64,000 nt of DNA, taken from Gallionella sp. (GTDB lineage Bacteria > Pseudomonadota > Gammaproteobacteria > Burkholderiales > Gallionellaceae). The number at the start of each line of letters is the position of its first letter. Positions within the stretch are counted from its first letter, which is position 1. Both the position numbers and the translations under genes were made by a program. The stretch lies in NCBI GenBank assembly GCA_013043965.1, contig JABEVF010000101.1, positions 895 through 64,894 on the forward strand, read 5' to 3'. The notes below the pieces were generated by a model that saw only the letters and a list, made by a program, of their open reading frames with translations, was not told where the DNA came from and did not search any database. Of the stretch, positions 8,341 through 18,369 are shown piece by piece.

Positions 8341-9694
8341 GCGGCTGCTACTCCTCTGGCTACTCGTGCCGCTGCTCATTATCATGCCCGTCGCGGCAGT
8401 AATCCAATATTGGCTTGCTCTGATACCCGCAAAACGAGAGATAGATCACCAGCTTGGGGATTTCGCCATCGCCATTTCGGGCTTTCTAAAAGCGGATGGC
8501 AACTCTGTACGCTTTAACATGAATCCGGAAACCGAACATTTGCTGCGCACTGATCAGATAGATAAGGAATTTTTTCTGGTGCTTGATCCGATGGGTACGG
8601 TGATAGCCGGTGATGCGGTACTCAATATTCCCGAAGCAGAAATCCCGGCAGGTGAATTGCGCTATGTGGACAGGGACATTGCCGGGCGGGCGATGCGCAT
8701 GCTGGTATATGGCGTGCCTTGCGGTTCGAACACCTGTCAAGTACGGATCGCCGAAACCCTGGTGAAACGTGAGCGGCTGCATTTCCAGGCACTGATCACC
8801 ACGCTGCTATCTATTTTGGTGTTGGGTTTGAGTACTGCCGGGGTCATGCTGATGGCCGTGCGGCATGGCTTACGTCCTCTTCAGGATATTCGCGCCCAAC
8901 TCGCCGATCGCTCCCTCGACGACCTGCGTCCATTGGATGTCCCCAAAGTACCCGGTGAAGTGCAACCCCTGGTTAACGGGCTCAATCAATTATTCGCTCG
9001 CTTGGATAAGGCCAGCAAGGCGCAACAATCATTTCTTGCCGATGCGGCACATCAACTGCGCACCTCGCTGTCCGTTCTTCAGACAGAATCCGAGTTGGCA
9101 TTATTGGAGCCTCACCCACAATCATTACACACCACACTGCAACGGCTGCATCGTTCGGCAAGCCGGACAGCCAAATTGGCAAACCAGCTGTTAACCCTCG
9201 CCCGTGCGGATTCCAGCATTCGGAAGCAATCCGATTTTGGCCCATTGAACCTCAAGGACATTGCTTCCTGGGCGGCCAATGAGCGGTCTCATCTTGCCTT
9301 CGTCGCCGGTGTCGATCTGGGATTTGAGTTGGAAACAGCTCCCGTGAACGGACAGGCTCTTCTGCTTCAGGAGTTGTTGTCCAACTTGATACACAACGCG
9401 ATAGAACATGCCGGAAAAGACGCACAGGTCACCATCAGAACTTATGTCGAGGATCACACTCCGATACTCGAAGTGGAAGACAATGGGCCGGGAATTATGG
9501 AAGAAGAGCGACAAAAAGTCCTGCAACGCTTTTCCCGTGGCAGTCATGCAAAAGGGAGCGGTAGCGGGCTCGGCTTGGCGATCGTCAATGAGATCGCCCG
9601 GATACATGGCGCAGAGGTCGCGCTGGCCACGCCCGATACGGGTCATGGATTATTGGTGCGCATAACATTCAATGCAAATCCCAGCTTGGTCTGA
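8324..9694 (+). CDS. sensor histidine kinase (TctE/QseC-like, 2CSK_N-type periplasmic domain)
   Basis: Two TM segments flank a periplasmic domain. It has H box FLADAAHQLRTSLSVL, N box LLSNLIHNAIEHA, G1 VEDNGPGI and G2 GSGLGLAIV. It overlaps the regulator gene by 17 nt. Confidence 0.9.
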   Translation: MPLSLRRLLLLWLLVPLLIIMPVAAVIQYWLALIPAKREIDHQLGDFAIAISGFLKADGNSVRFNMNPETEHLLRTDQIDKEFFLVLDPMGTVIAGDAVLNIPEAEIPAGELRYVDRDIAGRAMRMLVYGVPCGSNTCQVRIAETLVKRERLHFQALITTLLSILVLGLSTAGVMLMAVRHGLRPLQDIRAQLADRSLDDLRPLDVPKVPGEVQPLVNGLNQLFARLDKASKAQQSFLADAAHQLRTSLSVLQTESELALLEPHPQSLHTTLQRLHRSASRTAKLANQLLTLARADSSIRKQSDFGPLNLKDIASWAANERSHLAFVAGVDLGFELETAPVNGQALLLQELLSNLIHNAIEHAGKDAQVTIRTYVEDHTPILEVEDNGPGIMEEERQKVLQRFSRGSHAKGSGSGLGLAIVNEIARIHGAEVALATPDTGHGLLVRITFNANPSLV

Positions 9695-9880
9695 CACGCC
9701 TTTCAAAAACTGACTCGAATGCGGATTGCCCGGACCCGGGAGTGATAGCTAGCTCTGTTTGCTAAGATGCGCTTTCGGGCCCGATGGACCGAAATCCTGT
9801 ACGATGAAGTCATCGGTGTTAAAAAATTAAGCGGACTTAGCTCAAGGCAATGGGCGACCCGTAATCAAAGGAGAATGAAA

Positions 9881-10441
9881 ATGACGAATAGTGCCCGGTT
9901 GAACACAAATTGGAATTGGGTGGGACGCTATGTGGCGGTGATTGTGGTGTCTCTCATTCTGGGGGCGGCACTTGGCAGCATGCCGCTATTTGCCAAGACC
10001 TATTTGATCAGCAGCAAGCTCAGCGCCGGACAGGTGGTGCGCTTTCTGGGGTATAGCACCGCCCTCGTCGCGTTCTGGGTACTCGGGCAGCAACTGACGG
10101 CAGTCTTGCGGAAACAAGCCGGTCGCTGGGCGGTGCTGCACAACCTGATCTTGCCCGTGGTCACGCTGATCGTGGTTTCCGCGATGTATTCGGTGCTCCT
10201 GCTGGTACTTATGCCGATGCTGGATGCCACGCTGTATAAGATCTACAACTGGACATTCATCCTCGCCATCATCGCCTGTGCGGTCTGGCTGATCATGGCG
10301 GTGCTGGGACAGTCCGACGCGCTGACCGAGGCTTTTATCGGTGCTGCGGGCAGCAGTGTCGTTTGTCCAACCTGCGGTGTGAACAACCCGGCCGATGCGG
10401 CTCACTGCAAACAATGCGGCAAGAGTCTGCAACCGGAATGA
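9881..10441 (+). CDS. polytopic membrane protein with C-terminal zinc ribbon
   Basis: ORF 9767..10441. I prefer ATG 9881, which lies 7 nt after AAGGAG. There are about 4 predicted TM helices, then VCPTCGVNNPADAAHCKQCGKSL. No family was recognised. Confidence 0.6.
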   Translation: MTNSARLNTNWNWVGRYVAVIVVSLILGAALGSMPLFAKTYLISSKLSAGQVVRFLGYSTALVAFWVLGQQLTAVLRKQAGRWAVLHNLILPVVTLIVVSAMYSVLLLVLMPMLDATLYKIYNWTFILAIIACAVWLIMAVLGQSDALTEAFIGAAGSSVVCPTCGVNNPADAAHCKQCGKSLQPE

Positions 10442-10565
10442 CAGGCGCTTCCAGCCAGCCACCAGTAGCACTGGCACACTAAAATAGACCTTCAGTTTTG
10501 CTATTTTTGGGCAGGCCTAGCTCATTGAATACCCAAGGTTGTGGGTAGGCACGGGAATCGGCAGC

Positions 10566-12626
10566 TCACGACAGCGGCGTCTCGTTCAACTCTTTAGCTT
10601 TATCTTCGACAGCTTTTTTCGGTGGAGCAAGAAAATCCAGCGGTGCTGTCCAAAAGCGCGCCAATAACGCCTTGAACAGCGCGGGCCATTGCGCGAAGCG
10701 CACTTGGCGCGAGCGTAATGCCACGAACAGTGCCAGGGAAAAGCTGACTAACAGATTTACCGCGCCTATGCCCAGTACGCCCAGAGTGGAAATAACGGCG
10801 GTTTGCCACGTGATGGAATTTTCCAAGCCGACCAATGAGGTGGCGAAATAGGCGGTAGAAAACGTGACGTGGCGAATATCTATGGGCAGGCCGAGCAGGA
10901 AACCCAGGGTCCCCATACTGCCCAGGAATATCCCAAAGTAGAAGTTGCCCATCAACCCCCCCAGGTTATTCTCGACATAACCCGCAAGTTTTTTCAATCG
11001 GGCCTCGCCAAGCAAGTGACGTAGCCAGCGTAACTGCGCTATGCGCGCTGGAATGTGCGCGTAAGCCGCTTTGTTGTCGTAATATCCGGATATCAGCCCC
11101 GCCACAAACAAACATACGCCCGCGATAGCCGCATAAAACAGCGCGAGGCTGTGTATAGGATCGATGTCGTGCAATAGATGCAGGGCTTTTTCCGGTGTGA
11201 CGAGGTGCTGACCTTGCAGGTAAAAATATCCCCAGGCGATCAAGTAGGCCATCGGGAAGGCGATGATGATATTGCCTAACACCGCGACGAATTGGGTGCG
11301 TATTACCTTAACGACCAGTTCGACGAGGCTATCAAGGTCGATGTTGCGGCCGTCGCGACTGTGCAATCCGGCAGCGATGTGGGAAGCGGTCATGGCCGGT
11401 TGCTTGGTGGCAACCGTGAAATGCAGCACGTGGATCAGCATGAAGCCCAGCGAGTAGTTCATGCTGAACAGGAAAGCCTCCACCAACGGCGCTGCTCGCA
11501 AATAGGATGCGATGATTTTGAATGTCGCCATGAAACCGATGATAAAGCCGGCACCGGCTGCCGAGCGAAACATCGCAAAATACTCGCTGCGGTCTTCCGC
11601 GACGTAGTGCTCGCCGGTGCGGCTGGCATTTTCCGTGACGTTGCGAGCCAGCAGGTTGATGTTGCTGGCGAGTAACTCGCGCACCGCGTATTTGCGGTTA
11701 TGCGCCTCGATCAGCTCCAGGCCCAGTGCCAGGGCGGCACTGCACTGCGGCGAGGGTGTAGTGCTTGTGCCGTCATCCGCGGCAGCGGGATCGTGGCCCA
11801 CATCTACCAGCATCAGCAGCTTGCGCAACCGGTCGATACTCTGGGTGAGCCGTACCAGTAAATAAGTGAGTGCCACACTGGTGCCATGGTGCAGCGTGTT
11901 TTTGCGGATCTTGGTGACGACCGTCTCGCACTGGTCCAGCATCACCAGCAAATGTTTGGCATCTTCGACCGGCACCGAACCATCATTCAAAAAGCGGGCA
12001 TAGTCGTCAAGGTAGCGGTGTACCTCGACATTCTGCATCAGGAACGGTGATTCGAAAGTTTCGAGATCCGGGTTGTTACGGATCAACTCGGGTTCCAGGC
12101 CCATCGCGCTGATGCGGTAAGACAAAGTCTGGATCGCCTCCAGCAGTTGCACGGTCGTTCTTTGCTGACCTGCCGTGTCCTCCTCTCCCGCGCCAGCGGC
12201 GGCCAAGGTTCCGAATAATGCCAGCCAGTCCGCCGCAGGCACGCCGCCCATCCATAGGTAATCGGTATTCTCGGGCAGTATCCGGTCCAGACAGTCGCGC
12301 AGATAATTATCATCCACTGCGGGTGGCAGCATGCGGTAGGCGAGGCGCTGGAACAATTCAGTAAAGAATCCGCTGCTGGAAAGGACCCCAGTATCAGTAT
12401 AAAGACTGGTCTGATGCCGGGCCGACAGCACGCGCAGCAGATAGCGGCGCATAGCCACAGCATGGCCGTGGTTGCCTTGCAGCAGCTGCGTTAGGGTGCG
12501 GACGTTGGTGGTGGCACTATCGGTGTGATGGGGCTTCGCCGGGCGCAATCTCCGGACGAGGTCCGCCAGATTGTCGATGGTGCAAGTGTCGGGATCCGCA
12601 GCGATACGTTCGAGTAGGATTAGCAT
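10566..12626 (-). CDS. PF10136-family membrane protein (historically annotated site-specific recombinase, Gcr-like)
   Basis: 686 aa. A helical N-terminal half (..SLYTDTGVLSSSGFFTELFQRLAYRMLPP..DYLWMGGV..) is followed by a multi-TM C-terminal half. The family assignment is from memory of similar roughly 680-aa betaproteobacterial proteins. Confidence 0.65.
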   Translation of the reverse strand: MLILLERIAADPDTCTIDNLADLVRRLRPAKPHHTDSATTNVRTLTQLLQGNHGHAVAMRRYLLRVLSARHQTSLYTDTGVLSSSGFFTELFQRLAYRMLPPAVDDNYLRDCLDRILPENTDYLWMGGVPAADWLALFGTLAAAGAGEEDTAGQQRTTVQLLEAIQTLSYRISAMGLEPELIRNNPDLETFESPFLMQNVEVHRYLDDYARFLNDGSVPVEDAKHLLVMLDQCETVVTKIRKNTLHHGTSVALTYLLVRLTQSIDRLRKLLMLVDVGHDPAAADDGTSTTPSPQCSAALALGLELIEAHNRKYAVRELLASNINLLARNVTENASRTGEHYVAEDRSEYFAMFRSAAGAGFIIGFMATFKIIASYLRAAPLVEAFLFSMNYSLGFMLIHVLHFTVATKQPAMTASHIAAGLHSRDGRNIDLDSLVELVVKVIRTQFVAVLGNIIIAFPMAYLIAWGYFYLQGQHLVTPEKALHLLHDIDPIHSLALFYAAIAGVCLFVAGLISGYYDNKAAYAHIPARIAQLRWLRHLLGEARLKKLAGYVENNLGGLMGNFYFGIFLGSMGTLGFLLGLPIDIRHVTFSTAYFATSLVGLENSITWQTAVISTLGVLGIGAVNLLVSFSLALFVALRSRQVRFAQWPALFKALLARFWTAPLDFLAPPKKAVEDKAKELNETPLS

Positions 12627-12737
12627 CGGGGGAATTATAGCGCCGATTCAGGTCGGAAGGGTCAGTCTAGCCCGTGCAAGCAGGATAGACAAGTTTATAG
12701 ACGGGCGCCCGACTGGGCGGCTGTCAGGCAGGCGCAA

Positions 12738-14255
12738 CTAACGAGACAGCCCCCAGACCATTTGCAGCAATAAAATCACCGCGATCACCATGAGCCAGGT
12801 ATTGCGGCGTTCCTGCTGCACCAGCAATTGTCGCAAGGTGCCGTCCAGTTGGGTGCGTGAATTCTTCTCGTGCAGGCGTTGATGCAACAGACGCGGGAGT
12901 TGCGGGAGCAAAGTGGCGTAGTGCGGGGCTTCCTCGCGCAAGGATTTGAGCAGTCCGCGCCAGCCGACTTGTTCGCTCATCCAGCGTTCCAGCCAGGGCT
13001 TGGCGGTCTTCCACAGATCGAGTTCGGGATCGAGTTGCAGTCCCAGACCTTCGATGTTGAGCAGCGTCTTTTGCAGCAACACCAGTTGCGGCTGTATCTC
13101 GATACCGAAGCGGCGCGAGGTCTGGAACAGGCGCAACAGTACTTTGCCGAACGACACTTCGCGCAACGGTTTGTCGAAGATCGGTTCGCATACCGCGCGG
13201 ATGGCTGCTTCCAGCTCATCGACGCGGGTATCGGCGGGAGCCCAGCCGGACTCGATATGTACTTCGGCGACACGTTTGTAATCGCGGCGGAAGAAGGCGA
13301 TGAAGTTCTGCGCGAGATAATGCTTGTCGCTGTCGGTCAACGTGCCCATGATGCCGAAATCGAGCGCGATATAGCGGCCATCGTTAGCCACCTGGACATT
13401 GCCCGGATGCATGTCGGCATGAAAAAACCCATCGCGGAACACCTGAGTGTAAAAGATCTCCACACCGTCCGATGCCAGCTTGGAGATATTCACGCCCACG
13501 CTGCGCAGGCTTTCCACCTGATTGACCGGCGTGCCATACATTCTTTCCATCACCATGACCCCAGCGCTGCAAAAGTCCCAATACATCTCGGGGACCAGCA
13601 GCAGCTTGGAGGTGGCGAAATTGCGTTTGAGCTGGCTGGCATTGGCTGCCTCACGGGTCAGATCCAGCTCGTCGCCCAGATATTTCTCGAACTCGTTTAC
13701 CACCAGTTTCGGCTTGAGACGGCGGCCATCCGCCCAGAGTTTTTCCATCAGATCGGCGGCGACTTTTAGCAAGGAGATGTCGTGTTCGATGATGCGGGTG
13801 ATGCCTGGGCGCAAGATTTTTACCGCCGCATGGCGACCATCCGGCAGCACTGCAAAATGAACTTGCGCGACCGACGCACTGGCCACCGGCAGCTCCTCGA
13901 AGCTCTGGAAGACCTCGCTCAAAGGGCGGCGATAATTGGCTTCCAGGATCGCGATGGCCTGCGCCGAGGGGAACGGGGGCACCTGATCCTGCAACTTGGC
14001 CAATTCATCGGCGATGTCGGCCGGCATCAGATCTCGGCGCGTGGACAACATCTGTCCGAACTTGACGAAGATCGGCCCCAGGTTTTCCAGTGCCAGCCGC
14101 AACCGCACCGCGCGTGGCCGCTTGGTACTGCGGAAAAACAGCAAGAGATTGAGCGGCACGCGCAGCCAACGCACCCGTACGTGCGCAAGCAGAAATTCGT
14201 CCAGACCAAAACGCAGGACGACAAAGATGATTTTGATCAGACGAAAGAGGCGCAT
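12738..14255 (-). CDS. ubiB: ubiquinone biosynthesis regulatory protein kinase UbiB
   Basis: N-terminus [45 protein letters not shown], an ABC1/ADCK kinase-like core ([17 protein letters not shown]) and a C-terminal TM region. Confidence 0.95.
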   Translation of the reverse strand: MRLFRLIKIIFVVLRFGLDEFLLAHVRVRWLRVPLNLLLFFRSTKRPRAVRLRLALENLGPIFVKFGQMLSTRRDLMPADIADELAKLQDQVPPFPSAQAIAILEANYRRPLSEVFQSFEELPVASASVAQVHFAVLPDGRHAAVKILRPGITRIIEHDISLLKVAADLMEKLWADGRRLKPKLVVNEFEKYLGDELDLTREAANASQLKRNFATSKLLLVPEMYWDFCSAGVMVMERMYGTPVNQVESLRSVGVNISKLASDGVEIFYTQVFRDGFFHADMHPGNVQVANDGRYIALDFGIMGTLTDSDKHYLAQNFIAFFRRDYKRVAEVHIESGWAPADTRVDELEAAIRAVCEPIFDKPLREVSFGKVLLRLFQTSRRFGIEIQPQLVLLQKTLLNIEGLGLQLDPELDLWKTAKPWLERWMSEQVGWRGLLKSLREEAPHYATLLPQLPRLLHQRLHEKNSRTQLDGTLRQLLVQQERRNTWLMVIAVILLLQMVWGLSR

Positions 14256-14831
14256 TTAATTTTTATCGGTCAGACGCTTCACTCGCAGTGCCAGCCGCGC
14301 CAAATCGTCGCGCAAGGTATCGACGGATGCCGAGAATGCCGCGAGTTGATTGGGCTTGGCTAACAGGGGACGTTCTTCTGTCCAGTATTCGGCCGCCGCC
14401 TGCGACAGATGCAGAGCGGAATCGCCGACTTGCTCGCGCACGTTTTGCACGAATTGCACGAGGCGCTCCGCCGCGATGTCGCCGGTGACACGGCTCAAAT
14501 CTTCCACCGCATCCCAACGCAGATTCCGCGACAGATAAAATATCTCGGCCAGCAAAGCCGCATCGCCCTGGCTGGCGATCCCCGCGTGGGCCAACTCGTC
14601 ATGCGCCAGCAAACGGGGCAGCAAAGACGGCGCGATGTTCAACACCGCATCGGCGGAAGCCTTGCTGTCTGCGGCTTGCAACGACCCATCGCTCAAAACG
14701 ATATAGGCAAAAGAAAACGGTGCGATATGGAATCGCACCGTCTTTCCGGCGAATCTCAACAACCTCGGTTGCGCCCAACTGTTCTGCGCGAGCAAATGAT
14801 TCAGCGCGGAGGCGGACGGCTGGGCGAGCAT
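14256..14831 (-). CDS. ubiJ: ubiquinone biosynthesis accessory factor UbiJ (SCP2 domain)
   Basis: 191 aa, SCP2-like N-terminal region (LNHLL..W....L..FAGKTVRF...), located directly between the Tim44-like gene and ubiB. Confidence 0.8.
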   Translation of the reverse strand: MLAQPSASALNHLLAQNSWAQPRLLRFAGKTVRFHIAPFSFAYIVLSDGSLQAADSKASADAVLNIAPSLLPRLLAHDELAHAGIASQGDAALLAEIFYLSRNLRWDAVEDLSRVTGDIAAERLVQFVQNVREQVGDSALHLSQAAAEYWTEERPLLAKPNQLAAFSASVDTLRDDLARLALRVKRLTDKN

Positions 14832-14833
14832 GG

Positions 14834-15679
14834 TTAGTGCAGCACAGTTTGCTGGATGCCCGACAGCAGCCAGACCGCTTTATCGTCACGCAGGTTCTTT
14901 TGCACGTGCCAAATCTCATCGACCGCTTCCGGCGCGCCGTTATTCTCGGTCAGCTGTCCGGTGAAACGCACGCTGGCAATCGCCCAGTCGCCTTCGTTCG
15001 ACACCTCCAGCAATTCGCCGCTGATACTGATGACATCGGTCTTTTGCGGCGCGTTGTCGCGCTCCTGCATCTGCATGGATATCTCGGCGTACATTTCCGG
15101 CGTGGTGTATTCGCGGACATCGTTCAAGTCCTTGCGATCGTTGGCAGCTTGCAAGCGGATGAAGGAAGTCTTGGCACTGCGCAAGAAATTTTCCACCGGA
15201 AAATCAGCGGGGATGTTTTTTGCCTGGGCCGGTGCGCTGAACGAACCGCCTGCGGCTTGGGTGGCAGTGTATTGAGCGGAAGCAGGCTCGTTATACGACG
15301 CGCCCGCATATTGAATAACCGCTGGAGTTTGTTTTTTTCGGAAAAACGAAATCGCAAACATGATCGCGACACCAACGAGCACCACCATCAGAATGCTGCC
15401 CATCCCGCCACCGAATCCGCCGCCGGCAAACATTGCGCCCAAGCCCGCACCGATCGCCAAACCCGCCAAGGGGCCCAACCATTTGTTGCCCGCAGGCGCG
15501 GCGGCTGGCGCAGCACCCGCTGCGGGGGCTGCCGTTGGAGCTTTAGGCGCGGCTTGCGGAGTCATAGTGCGTTGTTTGCCGATACTGCTGCCCCCGCCGA
15601 AACGCTTGGCTTCGGCGCTTGCCGCGAACAAACTCAAACTGGTCAGAGCAATCATCAAGATCATCAGTAAACGTTTCAT
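14834..15679 (-). CDS. Tim44-like domain protein
   Basis: Starts at ATG 15679 (MKRLLMILMIAL.., signal peptide) after GAGGA. It has an Ala/Pro/Gly-rich linker, one TM segment and a C-terminal Tim44-like domain (FLRSAKTSFIRLQAANDRKDLNDVREYTTPEMY...WAIASVRFTG). Confidence 0.85.
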   Translation of the reverse strand: MKRLLMILMIALTSLSLFAASAEAKRFGGGSSIGKQRTMTPQAAPKAPTAAPAAGAAPAAAPAGNKWLGPLAGLAIGAGLGAMFAGGGFGGGMGSILMVVLVGVAIMFAISFFRKKQTPAVIQYAGASYNEPASAQYTATQAAGGSFSAPAQAKNIPADFPVENFLRSAKTSFIRLQAANDRKDLNDVREYTTPEMYAEISMQMQERDNAPQKTDVISISGELLEVSNEGDWAIASVRFTGQLTENNGAPEAVDEIWHVQKNLRDDKAVWLLSGIQQTVLH

Positions 15680-15794
15680 ATATTCCTCGTGGGTGGGTGA
15701 AACAAAGCGGGCGAATACCAAGCACGCCTCAACATGGGGTCTTCTCGCAAAATTGCAAGCGCGGCTTATAGACAAACAGATCACCGATAGTTCA

Positions 15795-16175
15795 TCAAGG
15801 CTGCACCGCTCTGATGTTGGTCACAAAATATTCGGTATCGCCGAAGCATGTCCCGGGCAAGCCTTTGTGCTGCCCATACGTCAAAGCGACACGAGTGCCC
15901 ACTTGCAGATTGATGCGCTCGGCGACGGCATCGTCGCGCACGGTAAAGTTGAATTTTTCAGGTGCCGCACCGGGCAGCGAAACCAGCGCCAGCTCACCTT
16001 CCCAAGTCTTGCATAGCCAGCCTTTTTTGGACAGCTTCTGCACGAATCCGGCACGCTCACCCTCCGAATAATTCCAGTGCAACGCGAGCCAAAGGTAGAG
16101 CGCGACTATCACCATAGCGACGACAACAAAAGCCGCGAGATAAATCGCTGTGCGTTTAACGGTAGGCATATCCAA
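15795..16175 (-). CDS. small membrane-anchored hypothetical protein
   Basis: One N-terminal TM helix (AIYLAAFVVVAMVIVALYLWLAL) is followed by about 90 aa of soluble sequence. No family was recognised. Confidence 0.55.
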   Translation of the reverse strand: MDMPTVKRTAIYLAAFVVVAMVIVALYLWLALHWNYSEGERAGFVQKLSKKGWLCKTWEGELALVSLPGAAPEKFNFTVRDDAVAERINLQVGTRVALTYGQHKGLPGTCFGDTEYFVTNIRAVQP

Positions 16176-16268
16176 CTCCGACTCAATGTGGAAAACGTGT
16201 TTCTCGAATGGTCGCGGATTATAGCGGATGCCCAGTCGCGCGGGTTGACGCGCACGTATCCGCCGGCT

Positions 16269-16919
16269 TTAAAAATCGGGCGGATTTTTGCAAACCAGCC
16301 ACTCGCCTCGCTGCGGATGGACAAAACCCAGTTCGCTGGCGTGTAGTAGCAAGCGCTGAGCGCGCTTTGCGTCGCCGTACAACGCATCGCCGAGTATGGG
16401 GTGGCCTAGCGCCGCCAGATGCACCCGTAATTGATGGGTGCGGCCCGTGACAGGTTCCAGCTCCACGCGACTGGCGCCGTCATCTTGTGACAGTAAGCGA
16501 TAGCGTGTGAGCGAGGGCTTGCCCTCAACCATATCCACCTTTTGTTTGGGACGATTCGGCCAATCGCTGCCCAGGGGCAGGGCTATCTCGCCCGCCTGTC
16601 CCAGCTCGCCGGCGACCACCGCGATATAGCGTTTTTCGATGCCGCGCTCGCGAAACAGGGCGCAGAATCGTCGCTGCATCTGCTCCCCGCGCGCGAACAG
16701 CATCAAACCAGATGTCGCCATGTCCAATCGATGCACGACCAGCGCGTCGGGAAACTCGGCTTGCACCCGCGTCGCCAAACTATCCGATTTGTCCGCGCCG
16801 CGACCCGGCACCGCCAACAGCCCGGCCGGCTTGTTCAGCACCAGAAGCCCCGCATCCCGATAGACCAGGTTGAGAGCGGCGCGGGGCGGTGGCAGATAAT
16901 CGGGGGGCATGTTGTACAA
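16269..16919 (-). CDS. RluA-family pseudouridine synthase
   Basis: Catalytic motif VVHRLDMATSGLMLFAR, plus LLVLNKPAGLL and RTHQLRVHL. Confidence 0.9.
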   Translation of the reverse strand: MYNMPPDYLPPPRAALNLVYRDAGLLVLNKPAGLLAVPGRGADKSDSLATRVQAEFPDALVVHRLDMATSGLMLFARGEQMQRRFCALFRERGIEKRYIAVVAGELGQAGEIALPLGSDWPNRPKQKVDMVEGKPSLTRYRLLSQDDGASRVELEPVTGRTHQLRVHLAALGHPILGDALYGDAKRAQRLLLHASELGFVHPQRGEWLVCKNPPDF

Positions 16920-17142
16920 TTTCTTGTCGCTGGTGTACCGGGCGGTATAGTGTGAACGATAAACCAGCCCTCTCCAAATATGTCAGGCAAATCGGCGCAC
17001 TCGCATCTGTCGGTTGCTAGGGGCTATGAAATACCCGATAATTTGCGCGTTCACCCAAACAACTATTTGCATCATAGTCCCGCCAGCGACCTGGCGACTT
17101 CTTTTCCGCCCCGCACGGGAATCATCACGAACGACACACATC

Positions 17143-18369
17143 ATGGACATTAACCACCAGCGCGCAGTTGATCGATACGTAGGCGTGCCAATCTGCTGGC
17201 TGTTGTCGGGCGTGAATCGCATCATCAGCAACGACCCGGATGGCGTTCCGCCGAGAAAGATCGTGGTGATTCTGCTTTCGGAGATGGGTAGTCTGGTGTT
17301 AGCGCACCCCATGTTCATGCGTTTGAAGCAGCAATATCCCGAAGCATCCCTCCATGTGCTGATGTTCGCCAAGAACCGCGAAGTGCTGGACTTGATGGAA
17401 ATTGTTCCCCGCGAGAATGTCATCACGCTGGATGACAGTGGATTCAAGAGCCTGGTCAGAGACAGTCTCAAGGCGATCTTCACCCTGCGCAAATTGAAGA
17501 TAGACGCGGCCATCGATTGCGAACTGTTCGCGCGCATCAGCAGCATCTTTTCTTATCTGTCGGGCGCGGCCTATCGCGTGGGCTTTCATCGCCACACCCA
17601 GGAAGGTCTGTATCGCGGCTCGTTCATCAACCGCGCGGTGACCTACAATCCATACCGGCATTTGACCCAGCAGTTCCTGGGCCTTGCGGCGGCGCTCGAT
17701 TCCGATACCACGCCCACCAACAAGCTTTTGCCCGAACCCTATGCCGGCAAGCTACCCGCCGTGGAGTTTGCCGATGAGGAATTGCTGCAAACCACCAAAG
17801 AGCTGCACAATTTTTTCCCGCCCATCAGGGACAAGAAGCTGGTGCTGATCTATCCCAGCGGCGGCATTTTGCCGATACGTGCTTGGCCGTTGAAACACTA
17901 TTGCCAATTGGCGCAGACATTATTGGGCGAGGGCTACGCGGTCGGGGTCATCGGGCTCAAGGGTGATCGTGCAATCGCACAACAAGTGGTCGAGTTCTGC
18001 AAAGACCCGGCCTGTGTGAACCTGGCGGGCTATACCAAATCGGTGCGGCATTTGCTGGCGGTGTTTCATCGCGCCTCGCTACTGGTGACGAATGACGGTG
18101 GCCCCGGGCAATTCGCTGCACTCACGCCAAAATTGCCAACCATCATTTTCTTCGGCCCCGAAACTCCCGCGCTCTACAAATCGCTGGGCGACAATTCCTA
18201 TTGCTTCTATCGCGGCCTGCCCTGCTCGCCCTGCCTGACCGCATACAACCACAGAACCTCACCCTGCGATGGCGACAACCAATGCCTGAAGCAGATATCA
18301 CCGGAGCAAGTTTTGGCCAAAGCGCACGAGATGCTGGCGGTGAAACAATCGGGCGGTATGGCTGCATGA
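17143..18369 (+). CDS. glycosyltransferase family 9 (heptosyltransferase-like)
   Basis: Starts at ATG 17143 (MDINHQRAV..). GT9-like features include KIVVILLSEMGSLVLAHP, IDAAIDCELF, LVLIYPSGGILPIRAWP and LLVTNDGGPGQFAA. Confidence 0.8.
   Translation: MDINHQRAVDRYVGVPICWLLSGVNRIISNDPDGVPPRKIVVILLSEMGSLVLAHPMFMRLKQQYPEASLHVLMFAKNREVLDLMEIVPRENVITLDDSGFKSLVRDSLKAIFTLRKLKIDAAIDCELFARISSIFSYLSGAAYRVGFHRHTQEGLYRGSFINRAVTYNPYRHLTQQFLGLAAALDSDTTPTNKLLPEPYAGKLPAVEFADEELLQTTKELHNFFPPIRDKKLVLIYPSGGILPIRAWPLKHYCQLAQTLLGEGYAVGVIGLKGDRAIAQQVVEFCKDPACVNLAGYTKSVRHLLAVFHRASLLVTNDGGPGQFAALTPKLPTIIFFGPETPALYKSLGDNSYCFYRGLPCSPCLTAYNHRTSPCDGDNQCLKQISPEQVLAKAHEMLAVKQSGGMAA

Noticed and set aside
9767-9880. A longer N-terminal extension of the zinc-ribbon membrane protein, starting at ATG 9767.
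   Set aside because: The extension (MRFRARWTEILYDEV...) has no signal or TM character and no ribosome-binding site. ATG 9881 follows AAGGAG at ideal spacing.
11422-11437. parS-like sequence TGCAGCACGTGGATCA inside the PF10136 gene.
   Set aside because: It has three mismatches at specified consensus positions, lies inside a coding region and is 47 kb from dnaA. It is most likely a chance CACGTG-centred match.
12870-13769. Long antisense or alternative-frame ORFs inside high-GC genes. Examples are 12870..13769 in ubiB, 14720..15670 in the Tim44/ubiJ region, 23432..24304 in the propeller gene, 32484..33755 in accC, 36277..37377 across dsbD/cutA/holA, and 45300..46055 and 46159..46923 in atpG/atpA.
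   Set aside because: Their translations are low-complexity and Arg/Ala/Gly/His-rich with no recognisable motifs. They lie opposite or overlapping confidently identified genes. Such shadow ORFs are expected at about 55-60 % GC.
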